The notes: generated by a model not told the origin, from the sequence alone. A stretch of 44,612 nucleotides of DNA from Bigelowiella natans CCMP2755 (GCA_000320545.1 ADNK01000906.1:1-44612), one strand, 5' to 3'. Counted from the stretch's first letter, positions 14,142 through 27,845 are shown. Translations and numbers: made by a program.

Positions 14142-14451
14142 CAGCAGCAGCAGCAGCAATGGTATCAATAATTTATATGATGTGATGGAGATAAGGAGAA
14201 GGGGGGGGGGGGGAGGAGGACAACGATGCCCACCCAAACAAATCATAAACCGGCAACAAAGAACACCGTAGCAGCTAGTGAGATGTATATATGTGAATAC
14301 AGGAGGACGATCTAACGTGTACTACTCCTACTGTGCTAAAAATAATAAGAAAATATGTTATCATCACATCATAGATCTCGGGGTTCTTCAGCGGAGCAAC
14401 ACCCACCATTTTGAGAGGTGAGATAGATTGATAGGACAGCGGTATAACTCT

Positions 14452-14503
<52 letters not shown>

Positions 14504-15360
14504 TTCTCCCTCTCTCTTTCTTTCACAGTAGTACCCTCCTAGATATTCTTCGCATGCAAAACAAATCAGCATAGTCGTTATCATGCTGCTGTATTTTATA
14601 GCTTGGGTGCAAGATGTGCTTCTAGCGGATGGTAATTATTGTGTTCTTCTGTGCATTGCAACAACCGTAGGACTGGCCATCAACATCGGAATGCTGACAA
14701 CATATTCAAGCTACAAGAGCATGGTCAGTTTTGAAGGAGACCAACAAGATAACGATGCTTAAATATATATATCTAATATCGTTCTCTTTTTCTTCTTCTT
14801 CCTCTTCTTCTTGTATCTCATGCTAATATGTTTATTATTGGTGAAGATGGCACCATACCTTGGCTCTGATACGCAGTCCAATCGTTTTTTTTGCGGGGCT
14901 TTATCCGGGTAATAACATAAGCAGCCTAGCAACGTCAGCATGTGCCTCCTGCCTTAATATCCTTCATCATGGGGGGAGGGAAGAGCTTAGATGCCATAAT
15001 ATTTATGGTGGCACTAGAAGGAGAGAACAATGTTTTCCGTCAGGAACTCTACCCCCCTCCCCACTCCCGGTTTGTCTCCCTCTACTATATTACAACTTCT
15101 TTGTCTTCTGCTGCACTGCCGCCTCTTCTATTTGGGATGTGGTCATCATCGTACGTTGCATGCTCGAGCAATTCGCGTAGTTGTAGCAGTATTCTTGTCT
15201 GATGGCTGACGTGCGTGCTAATCATCATCATCATGGTGGTGGTGGTGGTGGTGGGGATTCAGGTGGACTGCAGCTACTGTGTCTCTACCATTTGACTTCG
15301 TCAAAACCCGACTCCAGAAGCAGGTATTAATATGTATCTGTTGTATGAATACACATATGG

Positions 15361-15403
<43 letters not shown>

Positions 15404-15404
15404 T

Positions 15405-15447
<43 letters not shown>

Positions 15448-15946
15448 TTGTGCCTACGTAGGCTGTGCATATTTTAAAGATATCTGCAATTTTCGAAGTT
15501 CACTGTTCTTCATTGTTGTTGTTAAAATTATCGTATAATTTTTTAGAGACCTGATGCTAGTGGAAAATACCCGTACGCTGGTGTCATGGACTGTATTGGA
15601 AAAACTATGGCTGCGGAAGGGCCCTCTGCTTTCTATAAAGGGTAGCTCTATTTAGGAGGGCAAAAGGCGGGGGGGGGGGCGGGGGGGAGATTGGAAATCT
15701 AAAATTACACTGTGGATTCATAAATATATCGATGCTTTCAAATGTTTACAATGCGACATTTTCATCCATTTTCTGTAAATATTCTGCATGCTGTATTCCT
15801 ACCTGCTACTGCTAACACATCGCTGTTTGAATGCTATGCGAACTAGATATGGGACGTACTGCATCCGAATCACTCCGCATATTATGCTCACGTGGGTATT
15901 TATGGACAACGTTAAGGCTATACTGAAGAAGAGAAATCTGATGTAA
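12421..15946 (+). CDS. DTC: Mitochondrial dicarboxylate/tricarboxylate (2-oxoglutarate/malate) carrier, SLC25 family, 12 exons
   Basis: Three carrier signature repeats after splicing: QPLDMVKVRIQ, TPADAALVRMQAD, LPFDFVKTRLQ. Also LYKGLSAGILRQLTYGMSRLG and FYKGYGTYCIRITPH. ATG 12421, TAA 15944-15946. Confidence 0.93.
13217..13250. repeat. (TA)n microsatellite running directly into the acceptor AG
   Basis: ...tatatatag|GCGTTG at a carrier exon boundary. Confidence 0.95.
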
Positions 15947-16049
15947 GGGTAGCATCATAGACATATCTCTGCGCTTCGACGTACCACTTGATTGCATGGT
16001 CCAAACACGGATATCAATATTATAAATCCGTTCGTATAATAGCCACGGT

Positions 16050-16505
16050 TGTAGGTAAATAATCTGTTCTTGCGAGCTTGTGTGCGCATGTCTAGATGTG
16101 CATCGCGCGCTGCCCAATGCATGAGCCCAGCTAGCAACGCAGAAAATATATATATCGATATTATATCGTGTGCGTGGTGGTGCATCATGCTAGCATGATG
16201 TCTACTAGATGTATCGTAGCACACTGAACCCTAGAGATAAGAGCTTCCGCTAGTCAGGCATAAAACAGCAACGGCAAGAGCAAGTAGGCATGCACTAATG
16301 CATTGTTACGCCATCCGCCAATCGCGCCTGGCCTACGTACATGCTTTGCTAGATAGCGATATAGCTAGATAGCGCACGAGCCAGATCGACGTTACCCAGC
16401 TAGCCAGTAGTCCACAACTAGATAAGCAGACGATGGGCGAAATGAACATGCCATTCTATTCATTAAAAAAACATTTTTTGCTGCAACTTACTAGCTGCAT
16501 TAGCA
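16050..16505. terminator. Convergent-gap domain B
   Basis: Between the carrier stop (+) and the kinase stop (-). About 11 CTAG in 16081-16500; ATAGCTAGATAG at 16361; CATGTCTAGATGTG at 16087; perfect 18-bp palindrome 16183-16200. Confidence 0.4.
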
Positions 16506-16591
16506 TAATTTGGGCATCAACCAACTTGGTTCTTATAGCTCAACCAGTAGTCGGTCTTTTTTGTCGAATAATTTCTGTCTTTCTTCGTTGA

Positions 16592-18338
16592 TCATACATT
16601 TTCTGCTGCAGCAGAAGAAAGAACAGCTTCGATATCAGCATTGCCCTCCCCAGCTTGTAATTTCGCAGAGGTCGTCACCACTCCCTCCTTTTCCTCCTCC
16701 CTTTTCTCAGTTTTGTTTGAGCTATTTCTACCATCACAGCCCCCACTATCATCACTACTATTTGGAGCAGCGTCACCACCCGCAACGTCAGTTATAGAAG
16801 GTAAAGCCTTCTCTGTTGATTGATTTACATCTTCTTCTTCTTCTTCTTTTCGGTTGTCTTCCTTGTTCTCCTGACGATGCGGCATCATCTCCACTCCCCG
16901 CTTTTCTTCAGTACAGTGTCCGTTGCTCCTGCTTCCTTTTGTATCACTGTGCTTTGCAGAGGTCGTGTTCGTATTCTGCTTGCCTTCCCCAGCAACCGTT
17001 ACTAATGTGCTCTCAGACATTTTCTCCTTCTGTGGATCTTCCTCCTCCTCCTCCTCCTCCTTTTGAGTCTTTTGAGGGTGGTTGTTCACAGCAGGAGTTC
17101 GTGTGATGGGCATCACCCTGTTAGGATCGCTGTCTTCTTTCTTGGGGGGAGGAGGGCGTTGGTTCTGTTGATAAGCAGTTTTAGCTTCTACTCCACCACC
17201 ATCACCACCACCACCACCACCACTTCCTTCTGCCATTACCGTTGCAGCAGTACCAGTACCAGTAGCAGCAGTACCAGCAGTAGTACCAGTAGAAGCAGCA
17301 GCAGCAGCAGTCCCAGTTCCTCCCACCGCCTCTTCTTCAGCAGTAGCAGGGGAAGGAGAAGAAGCAGCAGCGGTTGTTATTGTTGTTGTTGTTGTAATTG
17401 TTTTTGACTCCAGGGTTTCCTTCCCCTCGGAGACTTCATCATCACCATCATCATCATCATCGGCAGCAGCAGCAGCAGTAGAGGGCACTTGTTCATATTG
17501 TTCATTCCTGCTCTTCTCTTTTGATGCTCCTCCTCCATCGCTTTCACCTCCTCCTCCTTCTTCTCTCTCATCCCTCGCTCCCCTAGCGACTAAGGAGGAC
17601 GCAGTTTTACTCTGCAGGCGCTGCTGCCTCTGTTTGATGGAAATCATACTAGCACCCTGCCGATTGCCAGAGCGCCCTCCTTGGGGGCTTATACCTAGAA
17701 TGACTGCTGCTACTGGTCTCCCTCCTCCTCCTCCTCCTCCTCCTCCTCCTCCTCCTCCTGCGTCTTCGTTTTGATTTCCCATTGGAGCTCCATTGAGCTG
17801 TTCGTTTGTCATATCTTTCCATACCCGTGGCTGTGACCTTATTGAAGCTGTTGCCCCTACATCCTGTTGTTGTTGTTATTGTTGTTGTTTTTGCAAGCTT
17901 AGAGTGTGGTGGTGGTGGTGGTGGTGGTGGTGATGATAATGATAATGCCGCCGACATGCGTTTTACAGCTGTTCAGCACCAGCAGCTTGGAGTAGCAAAA
18001 AGAAGCCATTATTTTTGATCGAGTTGGTAAGAATGGTGCTTTCCCACTCCCCCCCCCCCTCTCTCGTCTTTCTTCTTCTTCTTCTTCTTCTTCTTCTTTC
18101 GAGTGAAAAGATACATCACCTTAGACTCATGGCGCCGGCTCATCAGTAACTACGATGTTCCCCAAAAAAAACAACAACAACAACAGCGTACATATGCAAC
18201 ACAAACAATAACTATCCCGGTAAAATATAAGGATTCTCGAGGCACCCGCCCCCCTCCTTTCCTGCGCGTCTACATCTCTCAGTCCCATCATCATAATCAC
18301 CCTCTGGGTATATTTAGGGAGGGAGGAAGAGAGGGAGA

Positions 18339-18387
<49 letters not shown>

Positions 18388-20181
18388 GAGGAGTTGTATC
18401 CCTCCAAACACATCATCCCACTTCTTCGTCTCTGTCATGACTCTCACCTCATCTTCGACATATCGGCACCAGAAACCATAATCTATGTGATAGGATACGA
18501 GATGATCATTTCAATGCGCGACGTGTTGATGAGGACCATAGAGAAACAGGCAACACAAAACGTTCCAAAATACAACTGATGGCGCAGCGACAGGGAGAGC
18601 AGGGGAAGTGATATATTCGCCAAGGCAGGATATGGGTTGCGCTAGCTTCTTTGGCTGCTGCTGCTGGATGATGCCGTGCACTGATGATAGGAAAGAAAAC
18701 GAAGAGCATTGATTGACTCTCCCCTCACCTTGGAAAGATGTGATATTTTATTTTGATTCCTCCTCCAATTGATGACATCGCGCTTGTCCTCGTCGCCTGC
18801 TGCTACATAAGTAAGTAAGTAAGTAAGTAAGTGAATGATCATACAGAGAATCAAACGTTATACCACCACCACCTCCATTAGAAGCAGCAAAGCATAGATA
18901 ACCTGCTGCGGCTCCTCTGGAATCCTTGAACTTACTCTCCACTGTCGTTTCTTTTTTTTCGTGGTCTCCCTCCCCCCCCCTCCCCTTCGCCAAAGGATGT
19001 TTTGCTGCAGGAACCGACCTAGATAGCGACGATGATGATGAAGAAGAGCACAATAACGGCGAAAGTCATACTGATCATCATCATCATCATCATCATCGCC
19101 AACGCTACTATGATCCATTCATTACGCAGGGTTTCCCGTCGAGTAGAAGGTGCCATCAGACAGCTTAAACGGTGGTTGGTTGTTAAATGAAATGCCTGCA
19201 GTAGTATGTGGTAGTAGTAGTAGTGGTAGTCACAGCGAGAAATGAAACACGATGAAACGACGGGTTCAAGATGATCGATGCGTTGTTGTTGTTGTTGTTG
19301 CCAAGTGTGCGGTATTACATTGAACATCACATGCAGTAGTATACGGCAAAAAATCCCTTTTCGTCGCTTTCCTCCACCATCATTCTGGCTATGTTTACTA
19401 CTGCTTCTACACTACTACACACCTTTAAGCTCATTAAAGATCTTTTGGGCCTCTTCTCTACTTATCCTCTCCCCTGCGTCCTGCAAAGAACAGCAGCAAT
19501 AACCAACACCGTCATCACCACGAGTGGGAGGCGTGTGATGGTGATAATAAACAAAAAGGGCTCTCATACCGTCCCGTAGTTAAGCGCGAACGTGTCCTCG
19601 AGATTATACCTATAATGATGATGATGATGATTTCCAAAGAAGCAGTATTGAGGGTATAAGTACACCAAGACCGATATCACAATCACACAGCTGCTTCTTC
19701 CGTATTGCAAGAAGAAGAAGAAGAAGAAGAAGAAGGCATAAATAGCAGTCTATTTTCGTTGTATTCAGGGTGCAATGTTATGAATGCTAAGCTGTATTAT
19801 GTTGTTGGCATTGTTAACGATGATAATGATGATGATGATGATGATGATGATGATGGGGCGGTGGCGGTTATGTGGAGTTATTGTTTCTCGTCACCTTATG
19901 TCGAAGTTGAATTCGTCTGAGATATTGAAAGGAGATTTGACCTTCCGATGAGCCAGCTCCTCCCACGAACACGGCAACTAAGGGTATTATTATTGTTGTT
20001 ATTATTATTATTATTACAACTATTATTATCATTATTAGTAGTATCATTATTGTTGTTATTATTATCATCGCATGGTTGATATCGTGCCAACAATAAAGCT
20101 CGCACCACCACACACAAATCAGCGATTATCAGCTGCCTGCTGCTCTTGCTCCCCTGCACCCAAAGTAACAAAAGAATGACG

Positions 20182-20212
<31 letters not shown>

Positions 20213-20520
20213 TTCTTCCATTGCATGCAAAGTAGTAGTGTCACATACGTCATCGAAGAAAGGATGTTTCTTCACATCGTCCCAGAAGTTTGTGTGGCCT
20301 AGACGGTCTCTCTCGTAGTAAGCACACAGCTTTGTAACAACGTCCTTTCCTTTCTTCGAGAGGCGGTTCACGCTGTCGGGTAGTGCAAACGCAGTCTTGA
20401 AGAAGTACCTGCGAACACCACGACACACTCGATGAGGGGTGACTATACAAACACGTGTTGTTTGCGAGGAGAGAACAAGACATTATGTACCGAGACGCCT
20501 CTCTTCCATACGCATATTGT

Positions 20521-20565
<45 letters not shown>

Positions 20566-22311
20566 GTGCAGTGGATGATGATGATGATGATGATGGTGAT
20601 GGTGATGATAATGGCGATGATTCATATGGAGGAAAAAGGTTGGACGATACAAACTTGAAGGAGAAAAGCTGTATTTCTACTACTATAACTAAGTACTTAC
20701 TTGCGGCTCTGATTGGGAAAGGGAACCTACGAGTACGTACACGCAACACAAGTAAGCGAAGAAGGACAGAATGCTACTGATGATAATGGAAATAACGACA
20801 GGCAAACTAATTATGATATAGTCTTAGTACGGCACAATCCATTCACACCAGAGGGCAGGGTATCACAACGTCTTCTTGCGAGTAGTAAGGGGCGAGGAGC
20901 TTACTAAGGAATGGATGGTGTTGCTAGATCAACCTACTACCTTGTTAGTGAAGAGACTAAACATCAACGCTCCAAGCGCGAAGAAATCGGCTAATTGATC
21001 ATAAGACTTGACGAAGACTTCCGGAGCCATGTATCTGTGCGAACGGGGGGATGGGATGGGGTGGGGTGGGGTGAAATAAATGATGATATTTCCTACATTA
21101 CAAGGTCGATTTTCGAAATAAATCCCAAAATAATCGAGTGGTTATCTATCACCCTGGAGTGCCTGATACTCCTCTAAGCCGGCAGTGGTGTGGCGGATCC
21201 CAACGCTTGGAAAAGGATTCATTGTATTTCTTGTCGAAGTCTGATGAGGCAACGGTCAATGGTCAATTGTACTACTCTTCAAAAGAGAACATGTGATCGG
21301 AGGAGGACCGTGAAGATGGGCGTGGGTGGGGGTTTGACGACTAGAAATGAAAGGGCGAAGAGAAAAGTCTTTTAACTACTACGGAAATTGACTCTGTTTT
21401 AGTACAACCAGATATCTTCGCAACTAATCCAAGGTCTGTGATGACACAATGCCCTTCGCCGTCAAGGAGAATGTTTTCGGGCTTCAAGTCCCGATACACG
21501 TAGCTTTGTGCGTGGATGGCTTCGAGCCCTAATATCACTTCCGCTGAGGCAAACCGGATTTGCTCCTCCGAAAGCGATTTGCGAGACAAGTACACGCAAA
21601 AATCTCCACCCTGCGTTGGAAATAACAATTTAGGGAACTGTTCTATCTTTGTGTTAATCTTAGAGGGGAGTCTATCTCTGTATTATGTCACGGTGGGAGG
21701 AAATGACAACTATGAATACGCACTGAACTTTGTGGTCATGACGATGCATTAAATGAGGGACTACCTGGAGGAATGGCATCACGAATACGATCTCAAAGTT
21801 CGTATTGAAAGAATACCTGTCGACCCATCAAATAAAACGATCAATGGGTTTCAACAAACATGACGCGTTTGTAGTGGTTAAACAGAAAATATTACAGGAT
21901 ATTCACGACGAAGTCGGATTTTATCGAGGCCAATGCCTCCCTGAAATAGACCAGATGAATCACGTTAGTCCTCTGTGCGACTGCATCATACTTCTCAGTA
22001 TAGATCTCATGCTTTAGAGCTTGTATATATTCTACAGTGGATGCACAAGACATACTGATATTCGCACTGAAACAAAAGAAATACTTCCAGTACCTTTCCC
22101 GTCTCAGTTGAGCTCTTCTATGCGGTTTATGGTAGTATGCGACGTCTAGAAACTTCATTGCAATATATTTGTTCGGCTGGACGCCCTGTTCTTTGATATC
22201 TACGGCTAGACGGACCTTTCCAAATCCCCCCGCACCAATAGTCGTCATGATTTGGAAGTGAGAAATGTCGACCTCATTTGGGTTTATCACCTCTGAGGCA
22301 CAGAGTCCCAT
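16592..22311 (-). CDS. AGC-group Ser/Thr kinase (STK32/YANK- or GRK-like catalytic domain) with long low-complexity C-terminal tail
   Basis: MGLCAS start, EVDISHFQIMTTIGAGGFGKV, IAMKFL, YRDLKPENILLDGEGHCVITDLGL, SGTPGYMAPEV, ADFFALG, RDRLG...VKKHPFF, AGC tail VKSPFNISDEFNFD. The terminal exon joins the 406-aa ORF 16592..17812. Exons in 18100-18700 are less certain. Confidence 0.88.
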
Positions 22312-23785
22312 GTTTAATTAAGACAACTGGCAGGAGGTATCAATCTGGACTAGAATTTCTCAATTTTTACTCTCCTCCGACGGTGGAAAGGATTCTTTCC
22401 TATCTGACCATTGGTCGCGTGTCGAATTCCTTCAACTTTCTGATTTATACGGTTTAAGATTCCTGTTTAACGGAAATCTGGGACTTGGTATGGTTCCAGC
22501 TCTTCGATATCGATACACTTTAAAAGATTAAGATCTCCTTCCACCCCTGCTTCAACCAAAAAAAAGAAGAGAACAGGGAGAATTAGGAACAACGAGCGAT
22601 GTGCACCTTGATGAAGTCCTTCAATAATCATGAAACATGATGGTATTCTCGGATTTTCAGACTTCCCTACCTTCATATTTATCTGTTCTACCCCCCACCC
22701 TCGTGTTTCTATCCAAACAGCATGCTAATGTTGCGAAGGAATGCACGTGAGGTTCACCTCTCCAAGTCCCCCCAACCAGATAGACTTTGCAAATCCGAAC
22801 GGTTTGCTTGGGAATGGCTTCCTTTCTCGACTTACGACATGAATTTTGATTGGGTGTTGCATTAGACTGTCGCTGTGAGGTAATAAACTGTTCGACAGCC
22901 GCTTGCGACTGCAGAAAATAGTGCAAAACTATAGATAAAAACTATGTCGATTTGTAAAATAAGCCCCCTTTTTCGGTGCGACCCGCTCCTTTGGGGTTTG
23001 CTTCCGAGGAGTCAGAACAAGGGTCTTCGCTCAAGAACTCGATGCCTTACCGTTTCCAAATTGCGACATGTTTTATTACAACTTCCTCCAGAATTTCGCT
23101 GCGTTTCCCTTCCTCGTGGTGGTAGCCTGGCGGCGCAAATCGCCAACAGCAAAAGGATGATGGATCCCCTTTCGCGCAATAAAAAGCCTTCCTTCCACCT
23201 TCCCAAGTTCCTCAAGGTCTCGTGAGTACATGGAGCACATCGTAGCCTTTATTTATTCAAATGATGATAAGACTTTGTAATATCGGTATCAATTTTACCA
23301 TCTTTCCCACCGAACCTTCTTTTCCTTTCCTCGAAAATGTGATTTGGAAATAAAAGTGAAGAATAGTTGGATTCGGTGCGCCATAGGGCCAATCTTTTCA
23401 TCCTTGTTTCCCCACAACGTCCACCTTCGCTGTTATATCCCTGCGGTGACGATTTATTGATAATTGCTGTGTACATCGCAATTGCAGCATTCAACGGAGC
23501 GAAACAACCCGTCTACCTTCCGTCACCGATGCCGCTCCAAAGTTCTTTCGGCCGCGGCAATTCTCGGCCTCGCAATTGTTGTAATGAGCATTGCACTACG
23601 CTGGGAATCTGTCAAGCCAATGCTTCATCGCGGCGTTGTCACGAGAAAGGTCTACCCTTGGTCATCACATGTGTGATCTTTGAATGCACCTTGGAATTTG
23701 CCTTCGAGGAAAAAGACAATATTTATGGAACTGAGTTTCATCCTCATTCATATTTAATCAGTTTGTTGATGGAGAGGAACGCCTA

Positions 23786-24653
23786 ATGTATAACGGAGTT
23801 GAATTTCGCCCTGTTGAGCGCAACATGAAAAAGACACCGACCCCTACGTCTGCGCCAACACCAAAGCCTGCTGGAGATCCAAACGCCGTAGCTGAGGCAG
23901 AATTTGTATGTTTCCTTACTTTGTGGTGTTGGACAGTTTCGATCCCTTTTGCTACATTGTCAACAGGCCCCTTTGATTCACCCTTAATTTCTTACGTGCT
24001 TTCATTAAGCAAAAAGTTTATGTAGCCCACCTAATTCGCGACTCTTCTCTTACGAATTATCGTCCCTTCGTGCTCATCATCAAAATTCTAATATCCCGTC
24101 TAGGAGATCGATCCAGAACACTTGGAGGAGTTTTTGAAAGAGCTAGAATCGAAGCTCAGCACCGTAGAAAAAGATCAAACTGCAGCAGCTGCTGCTGGGG
24201 AGAGTGCTGCAGCTGCTGCAGCTGCTGCTGGGGAGAGTGCTGTCTCGTCCTCTGCTGCGCCTCTCCAATCTTATCTCCGAAAGGAAAGAGACACCTACAA
24301 ACCTGCTGCTGATGTAACCGCCGCCAGAGCCTCGAAAAAGGCATTGTTTTCCGCCGGCGACCGAGTCAAGGCATATTGGATGGGCTTCCCGAGGAAAAAG
24401 TAAAAGATTGTATTAGATGTCATTAGTTGTAGAAAGAGAAAAAGGAAAAGGAGGATCCAAAAAATGATTCGGAAGTGATTTACTTGTGCGAATGTAGTTA
24501 GTGTATTAGTTTCTTCCTACGAACAGTCAAGGTTTTTACCCCCAGTCGTGCGTAATTATGGTTATTGTCTTGTTCTTATGCTCGTAGATACCCTGGTGTG
24601 ATAAAAAAGAGCAATAAGGTAGAAGGAACACTTTATTTTATCAGTACAGAAAC

Positions 24654-24703
<50 letters not shown>

Positions 24704-25180
24704 CGTGCAGAGCGTAACACAAAAGGCGCACGAGTGCACGCACACACACACACACACACACAAACACACATATACACACACGTTACATTAGAAACTAATT
24801 GTTTGGTGTCCTTCAAATAGGACGGCACATACCACATTAATTTTGATGATGGTGACGTGGATAAGCGATGCCCGGCAGAGCATATATTCCTCAAAAAGCA
24901 CCAGCACCATCAAGAAAAGGAGCGTGCACTGTTTCCTGGAAGATCATCCGCACAATCCCCCCCTCCTTTCCCTAAGAAAGAACCGAAGCAAACGACTCCT
25001 CCTCCATCCTTGGATGAGATGATTGCATCGGCGCTCGGGGGCGATAAATCGAAGATATCTGGTAAGAAATTCACCAAATTTCTGGCAGAGAACCCTCAGT
25101 TACTATCCAAGGTAAAGCAGCCGCAGCACCGCCATCATCATCGTAATCAGCCACAGCAAAAGCAGCAGTTAAAACCACGT

Positions 25181-25214
<34 letters not shown>

Positions 25215-26207
25215 ACCTCGGTGGAGACAAAGAGGATGCAGTCGCGTCATGGCTCAGCTCTATGATCCAGTAAGAAAAGAGGAAGATAGTTGTTAGAATA
25301 TGATGATGAACAAATGAGTGGGGGTGACCATATGTGCATTTCTCTTGTCGATTTAGTGTATTTTCGCATCAACCCCCCCCTCCTACTCGATTGTTATCTA
25401 ATGTCATTATTTATACATTTGTTGCACGGCCTCGTTGCAGGCGTGCTGCCGCGGAACATAAGCGACGTAAGAATGTCAACGCTCTGAGGTCTACCAAGGG
25501 AAGGAGGGAGGAAGAAGAGGATGATGAAGAAGATTTCCTGGATAACGAGGACACTGACAAGGAGGAGGACGATGATGACGACGAAGAGGTATTTTGCGGG
25601 ATTTTGAATCTGTTGTATGACGATGAAAGAGAGGACAGAGGAATGGAGATGGTGCGAAGGATGCCATGGTAGTTTCTCTTGGTGCACACTTGCATCGCAC
25701 GTATTGTCCTTCGGACACAATAACCCAGTTGCTGCTTCATGATTAGGACCAAGATTATGATGAAAATGAAGATGAAGATGAATCCCAAGATGGATCGGAA
25801 GAGGATGACGAAGATGAGGATGAACAGGTGCAACGGGGAGGAAATATAGCTCATTTTCGTTCGAACACACAATACACACATAGATACGCACACCTCAAAA
25901 TAATTGTGTTTTACGGGAACAAATTACTACTCTCACAGGGGGCGGATGATGATGATGATGATGAGATAAGCGGCGATGACGATGAAGAGGGCGACTATGA
26001 AGATTCTGATGGTAATAAAGCGCAAACTCGGCATCCATCCCATACACACAAACACACACACACAAATAAACAAAATAAATCATGCTATGATGAACCTATG
26101 GATACGTTGGTAAGGTGCTTGCGTAGGGGTGCTCCTGTGTGTGATCAGCACATGTTATTTACAAATATGCTTACATATGTATGTCCGTCCTCCCCCCTCT
26201 ATCTCTA

Positions 26208-26247
<40 letters not shown>

Positions 26248-27711
26248 CGGAATATATATTGCCTCCTTACTCCTCAGATGAAGATTACACCGGCGATGAC
26301 GAAACTGGAGACGAGGAGGAGGAAGAGGAGGAGGAGGATGAGCAGAGATCTAAGGTGTGGACTTAAAAATAAGCAAAGCATTTACTTCAGAATTTATGAG
26401 ATCAATCACTTCTCTGCTTCAATGCTCCCATCCCCACTTGTACTACTACGTGCTACTGCTGCTTCCTATATTAGCATCATGCGTGTATCTTATCGTCAAT
26501 GCCTCTTTTTTCTTCTCTTTCTTCTTCTTCTTCTTCTTCGTTTCTATGATAGGGACATAGAAGGAGCAGCTCCAGTTCTTTTCCTCCTTCCAAAGGGCAG
26601 AAACCGATGATGACGATGCCTAACTTGGCCACAAAGGAGACAAGACGACATGTCACCATGACCGTGTCGAAGGTGCCCTCTGATGTGAAGAATGCAGCAG
26701 TGTATCAGCACAAGAACAATCTCGTCATTCAGGGTGATAGATAGATAGTACCATCTATTAGTAGACAAGCCGTTGCAGCGAACTTCACGCAGATGGTTTA
26801 TGTCGTGAGATACAGGCCAAAATCATCATCATCATCTGCGTTGTTTTTCTATGATTCAATATTCCTAAAACCATCTCGAAGATTCTTCCCAACGGTTCGT
26901 GTGTCCTCCTCATTACTCAAACAATGACGACGACATTTCTGGCTATCAGGCACCGGAAGCAGCGGGCAGCACGTGTACTCAATGACGATCCCAATTCAAA
27001 GGAAGGAAGTGGACGACGTGGCTTCGGCCTACTATGACCGAGACAATCATGTACGATAATCATTGCGAAGATGATAGTAATACTGATAATTGCTATAATG
27101 GTTACTGCTCTCTTGCCGCTTTGGCTGCTGCTTTCTACTGCGCTGCTGTTACTTTGATCATACAGGAGATTGTAATCCGGCTTTCAAAAGTGCACGAACC
27201 TCTCACCTGGCAGTTTGGTGAGAATCATAGTACACAACAACAACTACTACAACAACTACTACAACAACAACAACAACAGCGTGGCCAAACAACATACAAA
27301 CTTAGAGGCGGTAGGTGGTGCAAAGAACGCAGCATGGACGAATATTAATCATGAATACGAATTAATAACGGAAGGAATCACGTACTTCGTGATACTGTTG
27401 ATTGATGACTACAACAAACGCCAGAAGTCTAAAGAAAACGATGGATTACATCCTCCGTTCACCACAACACTATCATGATAATAGCAATAATGATTATGTT
27501 TTATTCAATGCTCAGGGAGGAACTTTATATAGATAGTGGTGTGGCTTCGGCGCTGCTGCTACTGCTACTGATGCAGCAAAAGGATGCTACCCTGCCCTAC
27601 CATCGATGGAATCTACCTCACTCGTAGTTCCATACAGGATATTTTCAGTGGGCCATGTCCTCCGATGTAATCGTTTACGTGAATGAGCACAGAATACTTT
27701 GCGACACCTAA
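23786..27711 (+). CDS. Tudor/Agenet-domain protein with long acidic region and CS/HSP20-like (PIH1 C-terminal-like) domain
   Basis: Spliced FSAGDRVKAYWMGFPRKKYPGVIKKSNKDGTYHINFDDGDVDKRCPAEHI (Tudor-like). Several D/E-rich exons 25500-26355, then ETRRHVTMTVSKVPSDVKNAAVYQHKNNLVIQGTGSSGQHVYSMTIPIQRKEVDDVASAYYDRDNHEIVIRLSKV. Last exon ends ...HRILCDT* at 27711. Confidence 0.75.
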
Positions 27712-27813
27712 CAATATGCACTAGAATAGAGTAAGATGTATTGAATAGTGCGTCGAATAATGAAAATTATAGGTTTGTAGTTTTTCTGTCGCTGCTTTCA
27801 TCACATTACTTGT

Positions 27814-27845
<32 letters not shown>

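Noticed and set aside
16592-17812. 406-aa ORF as an independent gene
   Set aside because: The frame continues upstream to an acceptor at ~17864 compatible with the kinase exons; best read as the kinase terminal exon
18807-18832. (TAAG)n array resembling tandem GTAAGT donors
   Set aside because: Antisense to the host gene; an ordinary tetranucleotide SSR
19019-19028. CTAGATAGCG inside the kinase gene, resembling the gap motif
   Set aside because: Only a partial match and coincides with a minus-strand splice acceptor (ctag); treated as chance, but it shows the short core is not exclusive to the gaps
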